A model generated the notes under the pieces. That model was not told the DNA's origin, made no database searches, and saw only the letters and a program-made list of their open reading frames with translations. From NCBI GenBank assembly GCA_963762565.1, contig CAVXLD010000003.1, positions 96,001 through 160,000 on the forward strand: a stretch of 64,000 bases of DNA, given 5' to 3'. This document shows, piece by piece, positions 20,568 to 30,233 of this stretch. Made by a program: the position numbers and the translations under genes. Position 1 is the first letter of the stretch. Each line of letters opens with the position of its first letter. The DNA is from an uncultured Verrucomicrobiae bacterium (GTDB lineage Bacteria > Verrucomicrobiota > Verrucomicrobiia > Chthoniobacterales > JAFAMB01).

Positions 20568-21188
20568 ATGCCTACATTGCTCCATCTCGATGCTAGTCCA
20601 CGCGGCGATTTTTCGATCTCTCGTCAACTTAGCCAAGCAGCGGTAGCTGCCTGGAAAACCAGATATCCCGGTGGAAAAATCATCGAAAGAGATCTCACTA
20701 AGACCGAAATGACCTTTGTCGATCTCGACTGGATCATGGGCGCGTTTAGTCCACCGGACCAGGTGGCGGACGATCACAAGAGGGCGTTGGCGATTTCAGA
20801 CACGCTCATCGCGGAATTATTGGAGGCCGATGAGATCATAGTTGGTACCCCTATGTACAACTTTGGGGTGCCAGCCGTGCTGAAAGCGTGGATCGACCAC
20901 GTCGTGCGAGCAGGAAAGACTTTCCAATATGGCGCCTCGGGTCCTGAGGGACTGGCCAAAGGTCGAAAAGTGCTAGTGACAATTGCGAGCGGTGGCGTTT
21001 ATGACAAAGCGTCCGGCATGGAAAGCTATAACTACGTAACGCCTTATCTTCGGCTCATCCTCGGCTTTATTGGGATCACTGATGTAACCTTTGTTCACGC
21101 GGGGGGAACGATCCAAGTAGTTCAAGGAAAAGTGTCACTCGAAGAGTTCATCGCGCCGCTGCTTGAGCAGATCAAGGCCGCTGTGTAA
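20568..21188 (+). CDS. azoR: FMN-dependent NADH-azoreductase
   Basis: SPRGDFSISR, PMYNFGVPAVLKAWIDHVVRAGKTF, SGG. Confidence 0.92.
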   Translation: MPTLLHLDASPRGDFSISRQLSQAAVAAWKTRYPGGKIIERDLTKTEMTFVDLDWIMGAFSPPDQVADDHKRALAISDTLIAELLEADEIIVGTPMYNFGVPAVLKAWIDHVVRAGKTFQYGASGPEGLAKGRKVLVTIASGGVYDKASGMESYNYVTPYLRLILGFIGITDVTFVHAGGTIQVVQGKVSLEEFIAPLLEQIKAAV

Positions 21189-21444
21189 AGCGGCCATAGC
21201 GGCCATGGCGGCCATCGCGGCGGTCGCGCGTTGCAATTGAGGGAGGGCGCGCGTCCTCGCGCGCCGCGAACAGGTCTGCGTTGTGAAGCTACCTAAAACG
21301 TTGGACCTGGTCTCTCGCGGGGCTTCGGTAAAGACGGATCGCGGGGATCCGACGTCGCCAACGCTTGCAAGAAAGACCTGCAGAGAGAAGGCTGTGTCGG
21401 ACAGGCAGCGATCTCTCCCGGATTCGAGGACGAGAACGAGCGCC

Positions 21445-22059
21445 TCATCGGCGGGCACCGTACCGTAGGCCGTCTACCAGTAGAGCTACCAAGCGCCGGG
21501 CGAGCAATGGATCGCTATCGCCAGCCGGCGAACTGAGGCGCGCGACCGCTTTTAATAGGTCGTCTGGTTCGACGCCGGGGCGCACTTCGCCGGCCGCAAC
21601 GGCTGCTTCAAGCAAGCTCTGGAGTGCGGGCCGGAGTCGCTTTTGAAAGTAGGCGGGTAAATTGTCATATGCCGGGTCGCCCGAATGCAGAGCTGCTGCC
21701 AGTCCGCGTTTTGCGGAAATGAAGTCGACGTAACGCTGCATCCATCGAGCTAGCGCTTCCCCGGGTTCATGTTTGCTCGCCAGGATCGCTGCCGCGTCTG
21801 CGCAGCCATCGACCTCACGGCGAAAGACAGCCACGATCAGGTCCGAGCGCTGCGGAAAGTGCCGGTAAACCGTGCCGATGCCGACGCCGGCTTTCTCGGC
21901 GATTTCTCGCACCGGAGCATCCACGCCGGACCTTGCGAACACCATCATGGCCGAGCGGAGCAGCGTATCAAAGTTGCGTTGTGCGTCGGCGCGCAGGCGT
22001 CGCTTGACGCCATCACGGGCCTCCGAGTCATCCCCTTGTTTTTGCGTCTTCCTTTTCAC
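21445..22059 (-). CDS. TetR family regulator
   Basis: LRADAQRN, IAEKAGVGIGTVYRHFP; GTG 22059 preferred because 22086 lies in the divergent promoter. Confidence 0.9.
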   Translation of the reverse strand: MKRKTQKQGDDSEARDGVKRRLRADAQRNFDTLLRSAMMVFARSGVDAPVREIAEKAGVGIGTVYRHFPQRSDLIVAVFRREVDGCADAAAILASKHEPGEALARWMQRYVDFISAKRGLAAALHSGDPAYDNLPAYFQKRLRPALQSLLEAAVAAGEVRPGVEPDDLLKAVARLSSPAGDSDPLLARRLVALLVDGLRYGARR

Positions 22060-22070
22060 CGGATCACCGT

Positions 22071-22117
22071 TTGACAAGCGGAACATTGTTCCGTATAAAG
22101 TGGAAGGCTGTTCCGTT
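22071..22117 (+). promoter_or_regulatory. sigma70-like promoter with a TetR operator in the spacer
   Basis: TTGACA (22071-22076), 17 bp, TATAAA (22094-22099); palindrome cggaacattgttccg at 22079-22093; second weaker site tggaaggctgttccg. Confidence 0.7.
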
Positions 22118-22178
22118 TATCCTCTTTAACACAGGTGGACGGTGTTGGCCACACAACGATTTAAAAAAGGAGATTACT

Positions 22179-22937
22179 ATGCAGAACAAACCCGTCGCTC
22201 TGATTACCGGGGCAAATCAAGGGATTGGCCTCCAGATCGCAAAGGATCTGGCCGCAAAGAACTTCACTGTCCTGGTCGGCTCGCGGGACTATGCGCGAGG
22301 AGAAGAAGCGGTCAAGACGATCGAAGGAGAGGCCCATGCCCTCCAGCTCGACGTGACGGATCAGGCTTCCATCGCTGCCGCGGCGGAGCGCGTCCGGAAC
22401 GAGTTTGGCCGCCTCGATGTGCTCGTCAACAACGCGGCCATCACGCATACGCGACGGCTGCAGCCGGACGAGACCGTCCAGGACTACGCTAAGTCGACCC
22501 GCCCGAGTGTTGTGTCGCTCGATGAAATGCGTGCAGTGTTCGAGACCAACGTATTCGGTGTCATAGCCGTTACCCAGGCACTGCTGCCGCTCCTGCGCGA
22601 GGCGCCGGCGGCGCGCATTGTCAACGTGTCGAGCGGCGTTGGCTCGTTGACACGGAACTCGGACCCGGCCTACCCCTACCGCTCGATTTTCGGCCCCGTG
22701 TATCCGGCCTCGAAGACGGCTCTCAATTCTATGACCGTCGCCATGGCGATCGAGTTGGAGTCGACCGGGATCAAGGTTAATGCTGCCTGCCCGGGTTACA
22801 CCAAGACGAAGCTCAACAACTATACGGGCACGCGGAGTGTCGAGGAGGGAGCTCATGAACCCGTGCGCCTCGCGCTCCTAGACGCGAACGGTCCGACCGG
22901 CACGTTCTCGAACGAGGACGGACCGCTGCCGTGGTGA
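22179..22937 (+). CDS. short-chain dehydrogenase/reductase
   Basis: TGANQGIG, NNAA, YPASK; AAGGAG RBS before ATG 22179. Confidence 0.92.
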   Translation: MQNKPVALITGANQGIGLQIAKDLAAKNFTVLVGSRDYARGEEAVKTIEGEAHALQLDVTDQASIAAAAERVRNEFGRLDVLVNNAAITHTRRLQPDETVQDYAKSTRPSVVSLDEMRAVFETNVFGVIAVTQALLPLLREAPAARIVNVSSGVGSLTRNSDPAYPYRSIFGPVYPASKTALNSMTVAMAIELESTGIKVNAACPGYTKTKLNNYTGTRSVEEGAHEPVRLALLDANGPTGTFSNEDGPLPW

Positions 22938-22941
22938 GGAC

Positions 22942-23120
22942 AGGAGCTAGGAGCTAGGAGCTAGGAGCTAGGAAGCGCGCATTCAGAATTGCGAACAAAA
23001 CCGGGAGCTGTAAGCGCGGCCTGATGAGTCCCGACAATCTTATAACGCCCATCGTGCCATGTCGCTTGTGCTGACCTAGCCCCAGCGCCTCTCCTAGCTC
23101 CTAGATTCTAGCTCCTATCT
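22942..23120. repeat. AGGAGCT heptamer tandem repeats in inverted arrangement
   Basis: (aggagct)x4 at 22942-22969 and the complementary tcctagctcctag run at about 23092-23116; also at 46117-46140. Confidence 0.7.
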
Positions 23121-23506
23121 CCTTTAGCCATCTGAGCGATCTCTTTTTCGAATGGATCAGTGGTGAACGCCCGGACCTCAACGGTCTGTCCAACGTCTAG
23201 TCCAGGACATCCTTTAGCCGTCTCCACCGCTTCCTCTAAACTGGTTGCTTGAATAACAAAGAAGCCTGCAACCGCTTCTTTCGATTCGGCAAACGGCCCA
23301 TCGATCACCATATTCCTGCTCGCCAGGGTTTTTCCGTTGGTCTCGAGAGGGCCACCGCTTTTCAACTTGCCCTCTCTGACTAGTTGGTCGGCCCAGGCTG
23401 TGAATCGATTCATGCTTTCTTCGATCACCTCAGGAGCCAGGCCTTGGTACCAAGCGTTATTGCGGAACAATAATAGGTATTCTGAAGCGGGCGGATTTGC
23501 GCTCAT
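23108..23506 (-). CDS. YciI/DGPF-domain protein
   Basis: YLLLFR, DGPFAESKEAVAGF, AKGCP, VEVR. Confidence 0.88.
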   Translation of the reverse strand: MSANPPASEYLLLFRNNAWYQGLAPEVIEESMNRFTAWADQLVREGKLKSGGPLETNGKTLASRNMVIDGPFAESKEAVAGFFVIQATSLEEAVETAKGCPGLDVGQTVEVRAFTTDPFEKEIAQMAKGDRS

Positions 23507-23623
23507 AGGTCTATCGGCTGGTTTTTCAGCAGGAATCGCTTGCTGAGAGACCCCGAATGATCCCGCTAAGGATTGCGGTAATCACCGATTGTGAATGATT
23601 GGTACTCAGATGCGGTACTAGTC

Positions 23624-24580
23624 TTACGGACAGCACCTTCCAATCTTGGCGTACAACCGCATCTTTTCGAGCATGCAATTCGCTATTGTCGCGAGAGAAC
23701 TTAACTGTTGCATATTAGCTCGCGTGAAACGCTTCGGCTTTCTGTGCACAATACACAGCGCACCGACAGCAACTCGATCCTGCGCGAAGAGGGGAACGCC
23801 AGCATAAAATCGGACATCTTCTCTGAATCCCGGATGGTTTCTCCATTGCTGGTCCCGTCTGGCGTCCTGAATTACAACTGGCATGCGCAGGGCGGCAACA
23901 TGCGCGCAAATAGAACAGTCGAGAGGCATCTCGGATTTTGAACAGCCGTAGTGGGACGCGAACCACTGGCGATTACGATCGATGAGCGTAATCATTGCGC
24001 GATCCGTACGAAAACTAGCTGCGGCGAACTCAGTAAGGGCGTGGAAAGCCCCGGGCACAAGGGAGTCGAGGATCTCGTACTCCTGCAGGGCCTGATAGCT
24101 TCGCTCTGCCGCCTCCAGAATCGTGGCGTCGTCACATGGATAAGTGCAATAAGACAGCTCCAGAGCAGGCTTGCCAAATTCGCCACCAGGGCGATTGGAA
24201 AAACGAATTTCGTTACCGTCTAAATCTAGGGCGCAAAAGTTTAGAACTCCGAACGGTTTACTAGTCAGCTGCCCTCTCAGGCGCATGCCCCGCGTCCTCA
24301 GTCGATCATAAAGAAAAGCGGCATCCGGGCAGAATAAGGTGACTGAAGAGCGCTCAAGGTCGGGCCGGGTCGTTTCTTTCAAGGTTACGCGCATTTCTCC
24401 TAAGGCTAGCTCCAAGGCGTTAGGGCTCTGCCGGATCCACTCGAAGCCCAACCCTCGCACGTAATAATCGGCCGAGTCGGTGAGGCTACTAACCAATAAC
24501 TCGCCAGCAACTGCGGCGTTCTGACTTTCAAACTTAGCCCAATTTGAGAAAGATAACTCTTGTTTCGACGGCATCGCCAT
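23624..24580 (-). CDS. VOC/glyoxalase-like plus GAF domain protein
   Basis: N-terminal YYVRGLGF..KPFGVLNFCALDLDGNEIRF; C-terminal GAF LIDRNRQWF..SICAH..RFYAGVPL..VGALCI; start uncertain. Confidence 0.7.
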   Translation of the reverse strand: MAMPSKQELSFSNWAKFESQNAAVAGELLVSSLTDSADYYVRGLGFEWIRQSPNALELALGEMRVTLKETTRPDLERSSVTLFCPDAAFLYDRLRTRGMRLRGQLTSKPFGVLNFCALDLDGNEIRFSNRPGGEFGKPALELSYCTYPCDDATILEAAERSYQALQEYEILDSLVPGAFHALTEFAAASFRTDRAMITLIDRNRQWFASHYGCSKSEMPLDCSICAHVAALRMPVVIQDARRDQQWRNHPGFREDVRFYAGVPLFAQDRVAVGALCIVHRKPKRFTRANMQQLSSLATIANCMLEKMRLYAKIGRCCP

Positions 24581-24812
24581 AGGAGAACCGCAGTGAGCGT
24601 AAGATATCCAATCGAATTTAAAACACTTTTTGGTGACGCCGCCATATCCAACGGTACTCACTATAATCCCAGGAATCACTGTAAGAAGACCCGTGCCTGA
24701 GCCGGCTTCGGTCCGCTCGGAAAGCGCCACCGACTCGGCAGTTCCATCACTGATCACTCCCGCACGCATCGCTAAGCGAAGCATTGCGGGCGCGGCCATC
24801 ACTCTGGGGCGT

Positions 24813-25289
24813 TTATGGTGTGTCCAGTCTTTTGCCGCTAACCTGATCGTCGTCGCTGTCCCTCACGTTCCAATTCTGATCCAAGAATTCGACGTGACAC
24901 CCCTTCGAGATAAAGTCGTTCCCTGACTCGGACAAGGTCAAAGTGCTGCTGACTCGCATGTATCCGTTCACTGCGCCTTCCTTCAAGAGAACCGCATAGA
25001 AAGTCAGTTTGAAATCTCTGTTGCCCGCTTGAGCCCATCGCCCGAACCCAGGACCGCGTTGATCTGCCAGGCCGGCGACATCAATCTTGCTATTGCCAGT
25101 CGTGGTAAAACTGCCGTCCCCGCCGAAAATGGCTAAACTTAGTAAAGGCGGTGGTGCTACCCCGCCAGCCTCTATCTTTACTTCCCACACGCCCGTTAAT
25201 GTCTTTCCCTCGGTTGACTGAGCGAACATCGTGATCGGATTGGTCAAGAACAGAAGAGCTAACCAAATCAGAGGCTTCCTGAGTCTCAT
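24813..25289 (-). CDS. secreted hypothetical beta-rich protein
   Basis: Signal peptide; LTGVW and GFGRW strand patterns. Confidence 0.65.
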   Translation of the reverse strand: MRLRKPLIWLALLFLTNPITMFAQSTEGKTLTGVWEVKIEAGGVAPPPLLSLAIFGGDGSFTTTGNSKIDVAGLADQRGPGFGRWAQAGNRDFKLTFYAVLLKEGAVNGYMRVSSTLTLSESGNDFISKGCHVEFLDQNWNVRDSDDDQVSGKRLDTP

Positions 25290-25361
25290 ATTTTCTTAGC
25301 AGAAATAGACCGAACACTGCTTCGGGCAAATAGCCACTCCGCGCGAATTGGAAAGGACCAC

Positions 25362-25403
25362 TTACAGGTTTCAAGTTACAGATTTCAATATTTGACATCT
25401 GTA
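25362..25403. promoter_or_regulatory. candidate TetR operator upstream of the AKR-tetR operon
   Basis: Direct repeats ttacaggtttcaa and ttacagatttcaa, plus inverted repeat tacagatttcaa-tat-ttgacatctgta. Confidence 0.5.
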
Positions 25404-25435
25404 TAAACTAGGGCTATTAGCGGGGCAAAGCATAA

Positions 25436-26356
25436 ATGAGTAAACCACGAATGAATACTTCCAAGCTTGGCGGTCAGTTCACCTTTTCTGGTACGTCGCT
25501 CACCGTTCGGCCCATGGGCTACGGCGCCATGCAGCTAGCCGGACGCGATGGAAACAAACTCGTCTGGGGTCCGCCCCGCGATATCGACGGCGCCATTGCC
25601 GTGTTGCGTGAGGTGGTGGCCAGTGGTGTCAACCATATCGATACCAGTGATTTTTATGGTCCGCATATCACAAACCAGCTTATCCGGCGCGCGCTCCATC
25701 CGTACCCGGAAGATCTGGTGATCGTCACCAAAGTCAGCGCCCGCCGGGGTGCAGATGGCTCTTGGATTCCGGCCATGTCACCCGAAGAGCTGACTCAGGC
25801 GGTGCATGATAATTTGCGCAATCTCGGGCTCGACGCGCTCGATGTGGTGAACCTGCGGAGCATGTTCGACGTGCATGGACCGGCCGAGGGATCGTTGGAG
25901 GGGCCGTTGAGCACGCTGGCCGAGCTCCAACAGAAGGGCTTCATTCGTCACATCGGTCTGAGCAACGTTACCCGGAAACAAATCGAAGACGCGCGAAGAA
26001 TGGTCGAAATTGTTTGCGTGCAGAATGCGTACAACGTTGCTCACCGAGCCGACGATCCGTTGATAGACGAACTAGAAAAACAGGGCATCGCTTACGTGCC
26101 GTTCTTTCCGCTCGGTGGCTTTAACCCCTTGCAGTCGTCGGCCTTATCCGACGTGGCTCAGAGCCTCAACGTGACGCCGATGCAAGTTGCTCTTGCTTGG
26201 TTGTTGCAGCGTTCCTCGAATATGCTGTTAATACCGGGCACCTCATCGGTGGAACATCTGCGGGAGAACCTCGCAGCTGCTGAATTAACGCTTCCACCCG
26301 ATGCTTTGACGGTGTTAGATCAGCTCGCTAACCAGACCGAAGCGGCGCAACCTTGA
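25436..26356 (+). CDS. aldo/keto reductase
   Basis: GYGAMQL, HIDTSDFYG, IGLSN, IPGTSS. Confidence 0.92.
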   Translation: MSKPRMNTSKLGGQFTFSGTSLTVRPMGYGAMQLAGRDGNKLVWGPPRDIDGAIAVLREVVASGVNHIDTSDFYGPHITNQLIRRALHPYPEDLVIVTKVSARRGADGSWIPAMSPEELTQAVHDNLRNLGLDALDVVNLRSMFDVHGPAEGSLEGPLSTLAELQQKGFIRHIGLSNVTRKQIEDARRMVEIVCVQNAYNVAHRADDPLIDELEKQGIAYVPFFPLGGFNPLQSSALSDVAQSLNVTPMQVALAWLLQRSSNMLLIPGTSSVEHLRENLAAAELTLPPDALTVLDQLANQTEAAQP

Positions 26357-26994
26357 GTTCGAATCGTTCAACAATTCTCACTCGCGACCGCATTGTGGCC
26401 ACCGCCGAGGATGTGTTGCGGCGGTTCGGCCCGGAAAAAGCCACGGTGGTCGATGTGGCGCGGGCGCTTGGCGTGAGCCACGCCGCTGTTTACCGGCACG
26501 TAAAGACCAAAGCGGAACTTCGGGATCTGGTCGTTCAGCGTTGGGTAGACGAGACGATGCCTCCGCTCCGGGCGGTCGTAGCCCGGCCGGGTCCGGCGCC
26601 GAAGCGTCTTCGCCAACTCTTCGATACCTTGATTAGCATCAAACGAAGGCGGGCAGCAGCTGATCCCCAGCTCTTCAGCGCTTACCGATTGCTCTCGGCC
26701 GGAGCTCAATCCATCGTCGCCGCTCACGTGGACGAACTAGTCCAGTTGGGGGCGGCGATCATTAACTCCGGAGTTGAAGAAGGTACCTTTCGCCAGGTCG
26801 ATCCGGTGGCAGCGAGTCAGGCGATCCTGTTTGCAACGTTTCCGTTCCATCACCCAGCCCACGCCATGGAGTGGACTAATCCAAAGCTCGACAGTGTGTA
26901 TGAAGATATCTGGCGTTTACTCATGGAAGGGTTGAGCCTGGAAAAGAACCTTCGGGTAGCAAAGAGAAAAATTAGCTCTAACCGATTTCAGTAA
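26353..26994 (+). CDS. TetR family regulator
   Basis: ATVVDVARALGVSHAAVYRH; 4-bp overlap with the AKR stop. Confidence 0.9.
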   Translation: MSSNRSTILTRDRIVATAEDVLRRFGPEKATVVDVARALGVSHAAVYRHVKTKAELRDLVVQRWVDETMPPLRAVVARPGPAPKRLRQLFDTLISIKRRRAAADPQLFSAYRLLSAGAQSIVAAHVDELVQLGAAIINSGVEEGTFRQVDPVAASQAILFATFPFHHPAHAMEWTNPKLDSVYEDIWRLLMEGLSLEKNLRVAKRKISSNRFQ

Positions 26995-28346
26995 AGATCG
27001 CCTCCGGTATGCGATGAGGCGTTGTAGAATGTTTTCACCGCATCGTAACCCTTAAACAGCTTTCGGGTGATGTTCGGATTGCTGCCGCCGTAGAGGGATT
27101 GATCCACGCTACTAGTGACACCGAACCCGGCCTCATCATAATAGCTGCCGGCGAGAGAACCACCCATGAATTCACCATTCGGGCCACCTTGCTGAACACT
27201 GGGGTTGTTGGCTTTGTAATATTCATCCGACCATATAAAAACAAATCCGCCCACGCACACTTGGGCCGATTTCGCGCCGATATTGGCGGTAATTGCATTC
27301 CATACTGAGGTCAGGAAGTCCGCGACAGGTAGGGCATCGTAATAAGGATTGCCGGCGCCCATTTGGCTTTTCGGCACATCATCAAGATTTTTGATGGGCA
27401 ATACGCATTCTGTCCCGTAGTTGGGGGGAGCAGGCCTGGTGGTGTGAGGCGTGCCCCATTCGCCGATGATCAAGGGCTTTATCACACCTAATGAATTCAT
27501 TACCTGCGCGTACTGGATAAAAGGCGAGCCGCTGCCGGTCCCGCCAAAATATGGACCGCGATAGATGTTGATGGTCCATGCGTCAATATTCTTGAGTTTG
27601 CCCGACTGTTCGCCCTTTACGATGGCCGGCCAACTTGCTTCCGGCGTGAAGTTGTCGTTGGTCGCAGTCGTGAGGAACGGTTTCTTGCCCTGGCTGAGAC
27701 CAGCGGCGTTCGCTGCATCGATCAATTTTCCGAAATTGGTCCAAAACTGCGCGTTGCCGGTTACGCCATCGTAGATCTCATTGCCAATCATGTAACCAAC
27801 AACCGCCGGGTGCGTGACCGTGCTCTTTACGAGTTTTTCGTACGCCGTGATGTAACCGTCTAAACCCGATCCGCCGTCCCTGATCACGCCGCCCTGGGTG
27901 TAGGAAAACATCATCACATAAATGGGTTCGTTTCCGCCATGGTAGCAGTAGTCGAGAAATTGTTTCCAATTCCCGGCTGTGCCGGGGTTTCCCGCGTTAA
28001 GGTCAGGATTCCCGGCATACAACTTGATCATGTTGACGCCGGCCGCACGCATGTTATCGACGTCGGATTTCCAAACGTTCTTGTAATAGGGTATGAAATA
28101 ATCGCCGTAAGGCATAAACTTTGGCTCCGCGCCAGTCGGAACGGGCGCGTAGTTCATCCCTTTAATGGCAAAAAGCTTTCCGTCGATCTTCAGGACGAAT
28201 CCGGATGTCGTAACCGTGGTGTCGGTTTTTATGCTTTCTCCGTATGCGCTGATGACGAAGAAACCGAGCAGAATTGCAACACTCGCGCAGCAAGATGTCG
28301 TAATGGCGATCCACGTCCTCGAGGTCCCTCGAATTGGGTGACTCAT
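26988..28346 (-). CDS. secreted clan GH-A-like glycoside hydrolase (TIM barrel)
   Basis: IKGMNYAP, GVNMIKLY, IGNE (acid/base), IIGEWG (nucleophile), GGFVFIWSDE. Confidence 0.75.
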   Translation of the reverse strand: MSHPIRGTSRTWIAITTSCCASVAILLGFFVISAYGESIKTDTTVTTSGFVLKIDGKLFAIKGMNYAPVPTGAEPKFMPYGDYFIPYYKNVWKSDVDNMRAAGVNMIKLYAGNPDLNAGNPGTAGNWKQFLDYCYHGGNEPIYVMMFSYTQGGVIRDGGSGLDGYITAYEKLVKSTVTHPAVVGYMIGNEIYDGVTGNAQFWTNFGKLIDAANAAGLSQGKKPFLTTATNDNFTPEASWPAIVKGEQSGKLKNIDAWTINIYRGPYFGGTGSGSPFIQYAQVMNSLGVIKPLIIGEWGTPHTTRPAPPNYGTECVLPIKNLDDVPKSQMGAGNPYYDALPVADFLTSVWNAITANIGAKSAQVCVGGFVFIWSDEYYKANNPSVQQGGPNGEFMGGSLAGSYYDEAGFGVTSSVDQSLYGGSNPNITRKLFKGYDAVKTFYNASSHTGGDLY

Positions 28347-28740
28347 AAATAATGCGGGTTAGGGGGGGTGGTTAACTGCGGGGCCGCCGTTTTACGTGGG
28401 GGCGGAATCGCTGTCAAGCATATATATTGCAAACATGGAATTTATAGGCGTTCGATTGCTTTTTTCAGGGAAGCAACATCCTTGGCGCGAGGCGTTAATG
28501 AAAATTGCCAGGCAGGAAAACGCGGCGCTATTGGTTTGCGTTCAATCAACGCTGTACGGCAAAGACATATCAACCATTGCTCCAAACGGCGAGTCTGCTT
28601 TGTTAACTAACGGCGGTACAGTTGCGAATGGTGAGACGTTAACGATTATTCAGATCCGGGAGTAGCCTCGGTTAGCGAAAGGGCAAAGAAAAAAGGATTC
28701 ACAGAAGATCGCTAAGAACACAAAGGAAAACTGATCGCGA

Positions 28741-29232
28741 ATGACGAAGTTCTGGCTGCTCAGCTTGGTGTTGGCTTACGGTTTGGCCCACTCGGTCTAC
28801 AGCGAATCGGTCCCTGCGGATTTACATCCGGACCCGAAGCTCAGTCCGCGTGATGTGGTTGAGTTCCAATTGGCGGCGCTGCGCGCGAACGACGTTCCCA
28901 CCGCTGACGCTGGAATTGAAAAGACGTTCCGGTTTGCCTCTCCTGAGAACAAAGCAGCGGTCGGGCCTCTTGAGCATTTCACCGGCATTGTACATGGGCC
29001 ACAGTATTCTTCGCTTATAAATGCCCCCGAAAGCTCGGTACTCAAAGTGGCTATCCAAGACACTAGGGCCCGTGTACTCGTGCGGGTTATGAGTGCGGGC
29101 GGATCCAAGGTATACTATGTCTTTATCCTCTCGAAGCAGACAAAAGGCGACTACATCAACTGCTGGATGACAGACGGAGTCTTGCCACTAGATGAAACCG
29201 AGAAAAGCGACGAACCGGGAACAGCAATTTAA
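28741..29232 (+). CDS. DUF4864-like secreted protein
   Basis: VVEFQLAAL, FRFASP, CWMTDGV. Confidence 0.7.
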   Translation: MTKFWLLSLVLAYGLAHSVYSESVPADLHPDPKLSPRDVVEFQLAALRANDVPTADAGIEKTFRFASPENKAAVGPLEHFTGIVHGPQYSSLINAPESSVLKVAIQDTRARVLVRVMSAGGSKVYYVFILSKQTKGDYINCWMTDGVLPLDETEKSDEPGTAI

Positions 29233-29720
29233 TCGGATTCGTACGCCAGCTCGACTGCTACCGTCACTGATTTTAACTTGTTTGCGTCCTCGGTCGGCAA
29301 AGTGAGCTCATGCCACGCATCGATCGGGGAATTGGGCGGAATCATGTTAAATGATCCTTCTTCGTCCGGGCAACATATCCACCGGGTCTCGGTTTTGATG
29401 GGTTTACGGTTCTGGTCAAAATAGGTGAACTGAAGCTTGAATGCCCGGATCCAAACTTCAGTACTGGCCGTCCAGTGCATCCGGATCAATTGATGGTCGT
29501 CTCTGGTATCGTTGGTCACTTCAGTGACCCTCGCATGAACCTGATTTGCTACGTTGTAATAGTTGGCTTGGTCGCTATCTAGTTCAGCTGCAACCTCGTC
29601 GGTAGCTTCTTGTATCCGTCCTGCGTCTTCGTCAGTGCTATTCTTGGGGACGACAGTGACAGCGGATAAGAGAGGGACAATCGCGGTGGCGCTCAGCAAC
29701 GCGATCAGGACGTTTCTCAT
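29229..29720 (-). CDS. secreted hypothetical protein
   Basis: Signal-peptide-like N-terminus; 163 aa. Confidence 0.55.
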   Translation of the reverse strand: MRNVLIALLSATAIVPLLSAVTVVPKNSTDEDAGRIQEATDEVAAELDSDQANYYNVANQVHARVTEVTNDTRDDHQLIRMHWTASTEVWIRAFKLQFTYFDQNRKPIKTETRWICCPDEEGSFNMIPPNSPIDAWHELTLPTEDANKLKSVTVAVELAYESD

Positions 29721-29817
29721 AGAAGAAAAATCTCACGCAAAGACGCAAAGACGCAAAGGTAAGACGGGGGAAAAGTGATTGGTGATGGGAGAGCGTAGAC
29801 CATTTCAAAACTAACGC

Positions 29818-30096
29818 CTAGTGTCCTGTCCCATAAGTAACATGGCTTTCGCCGTCGGTCAGTTGGCTGTTTTTCAAGGCGCGAGCGAAGTGCCCATATC
29901 TGGTTCATACGGGTCGAGCGAGCAACGCGGAAAAACAGCCAACTGGCCACGGCCCGGAGGGTTGCGATGAAAATGGGCCGGCGGCTGCGTTGCTCGTCGG
30001 TTACGTATCGATCTAGATATGCGCCCTCCTCGCGCCTTGCCGGCGGCCCATTTTGATCGCAACGAAAGCCACGTTATTTATGGGACAGGACACTAG
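29818..30096. mobile_element. complete 279-bp MITE
   Basis: 34-bp TIRs ctagtgtcctgtcccataa(g/a)taac(a/g)tggctttcg matching at 32/34; no transposase. Confidence 0.85.
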
Positions 30097-30233
30097 CATC
30101 TCTCCAATGCGGCTCCTCTCCTGCCCGGCTCCGCGACTACCGATCACCTTTCACCTCTCTTAACCTTTGCGCCTTTGCGTCTTTGCGTGAGATTTCTCTG
30201 TGCCTTTTAGCAGCTAATCCGGTTTTCAAACTT

